A stretch of 64,000 nucleotides of DNA from positions 14,142 to 78,141 of IMG/VR virus record IMGVR_UViG_3300033405_000012; one strand, given 5' to 3'. Every line of letters starts with the position of its first letter. The stretch's first letter is position 1. Under the pieces are notes generated by a model. That model worked only from the letters and a program-made list of their open reading frames with translations, was not told the origin of the DNA and did not search any database. The position numbers and the translations under genes are program-made. Shown here piece after piece: positions 63,216 through 64,000 of this stretch. Source of the DNA: a virus. Its lineage: Duplodnaviria > Heunggongvirae > Uroviricota > Caudoviricetes.

Positions 63216-64000
63216 CTATAAGACTCCGCTGATGTTCGTGCCGCCGCCCATGACCGCCGCAAACGTCAACGCGATGTCGGCGTAGACCAGCGAATGGGCG
63301 TAGTGGTCGGGGCCGGTCTCGACGTAGACCGCCTCGGGATTGCCGTGTTCATCCTTCTCGTAGGTCCGCACCAGGTTCTTCAGGTGCTCGCGGTACTCCA
63401 CGGAAACGTCGCACGGCAGTTGGATTCGCGTGGGATTCGCCTTGAAGCGGCCGAGCGTGCAGCTCAGCCAGTTCGTGCGATCCACGGTCGCCATCGGCGC
63501 ACCCGTGTCCTCCTCCGTGACGGCAATTTCCTTCGCCGTAATGCCCCGGCGGTAGCGGCACAGCCAAACGAAGCCATGAAACTTGCGGGCAAACCGCCGG
63601 GCGTCATTGATGTTCGGGTCGGCGTCGATCACACAGGCCAGGACTTGCCACTCCCGCATCAACTGGCCGAGGTAAGTGAAGTCGTCTTCCCGAAACCTGC
63701 CGAACCACAGCAGCTTGCCAAGAGCGGCTAGGTTGATGTCCACACGCTTGTCGCCGTCAAAGAACCACTCCACGACCGAGATGTAGCCGGTCTTGCCCTG
63801 GTCCACGCCCATCGTGATGCAGCGCCGGCCGCCGACGAGCGGCCGTAGATCGGCGATGCTGTGCTTCCGCACGGCGTTGTCGATCATCGCATCCGTGACC
63901 TGGGCGTTCTCGCCGATGAACGGCACACCCAGCTTGGAGTTGTGAAACTCCTTGTTCGCTACCTCGTCGCCCTGCCCGCGAAAGTAAGCGATGGCAATCT
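63216..64000 (-). CDS. terminase large subunit, C-terminal nuclease part (gene continues beyond window)
   Basis: RNaseH-like nuclease motifs ITMGVDQGKTGY, VIDADPNIND, DHYAHSLVYADIA. No stop between 63926 and 64000 in frame. Confidence 0.55.
   Translation of the reverse strand, partial: IAIAYFRGQGDEVANKEFHNSKLGVPFIGENAQVTDAMIDNAVRKHSIADLRPLVGGRRCITMGVDQGKTGYISVVEWFFDGDKRVDINLAALGKLLWFGRFREDDFTYLGQLMREWQVLACVIDADPNINDARRFARKFHGFVWLCRYRRGITAKEIAVTEEDTGAPMATVDRTNWLSCTLGRFKANPTRIQLPCDVSVEYREHLKNLVRTYEKDEHGNPEAVYVETGPDHYAHSLVYADIALTFAAVMGGGTNISGVL

Overview
This 64-kb window looks like one contiguous piece of a high-GC (about 62-65%) tailed-phage or prophage genome with no host flank. Nearly all real genes sit on the minus strand. 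Many long ORFs on the opposite strand or in alternate frames are Arg/Gly/Ala/Pro-rich artefacts of the high GC and are rejected below.

Layout:
- 20-21940 (minus strand): a leftward replication and nucleotide-metabolism block. It holds DeoC, a Dam-type MTase, a CxxxCxxC radical-SAM-like protein, an ATP-dependent DNA ligase, a HAD 5'(3')-deoxyribonucleotidase, a phage sigma-70-family factor, a VRR-NUC nuclease, a family-A DNA polymerase with two zinc-finger insertions, two ParB-like proteins, two metallophosphoesterases, a secreted trypsin-like protease, an SNF2 helicase and a second amino-MTase.
- 21941-22084: a divergent control region packed with nested palindromes.
- 22085-28398 (plus strand): a rightward block with a Prim-Pol/D5-like primase-helicase, a dATP/dGTP-diphosphohydrolase-like protein, a DnaQ exonuclease, a compositionally odd Cys/Asn/Gln/Trp-rich protein, and two genes carrying three copies of an unrecognised ~90-aa Cys domain.
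- 28440-31700: a low-GC cargo island at the point where the two blocks converge. It encodes a lipoprotein and a polytopic membrane protein and is flanked by degenerate duplicates of neighbouring gene 3' ends.
- 31701-64000 (minus strand): a leftward late/structural block. Going from the window's right edge leftwards it reads:
  - terminase large subunit (partial at the edge), two large BNR-repeat proteins, then portal;
  - gp6-like connector, scaffold, T7-like capsid and head-tail proteins;
  - major tail protein with internal tandem repeats, G/GT chaperone with a putative -1 frameshift, and the tape measure protein;
  - duplicated tail-fibre paralogs, a beta-helix tailspike, a LamG/discoidin fibre and a gpJ-like tail protein;
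  - small acidic tandem paralogs, a DUF6527-like zinc-ribbon protein and an SPFH protein.

No integrase, lysis cassette, tRNA or CRISPR array was seen. Coordinates come from the supplied ORF track (end coordinates include the stop codon). Internal start choices were made by residue offset and may be off by a few bases.
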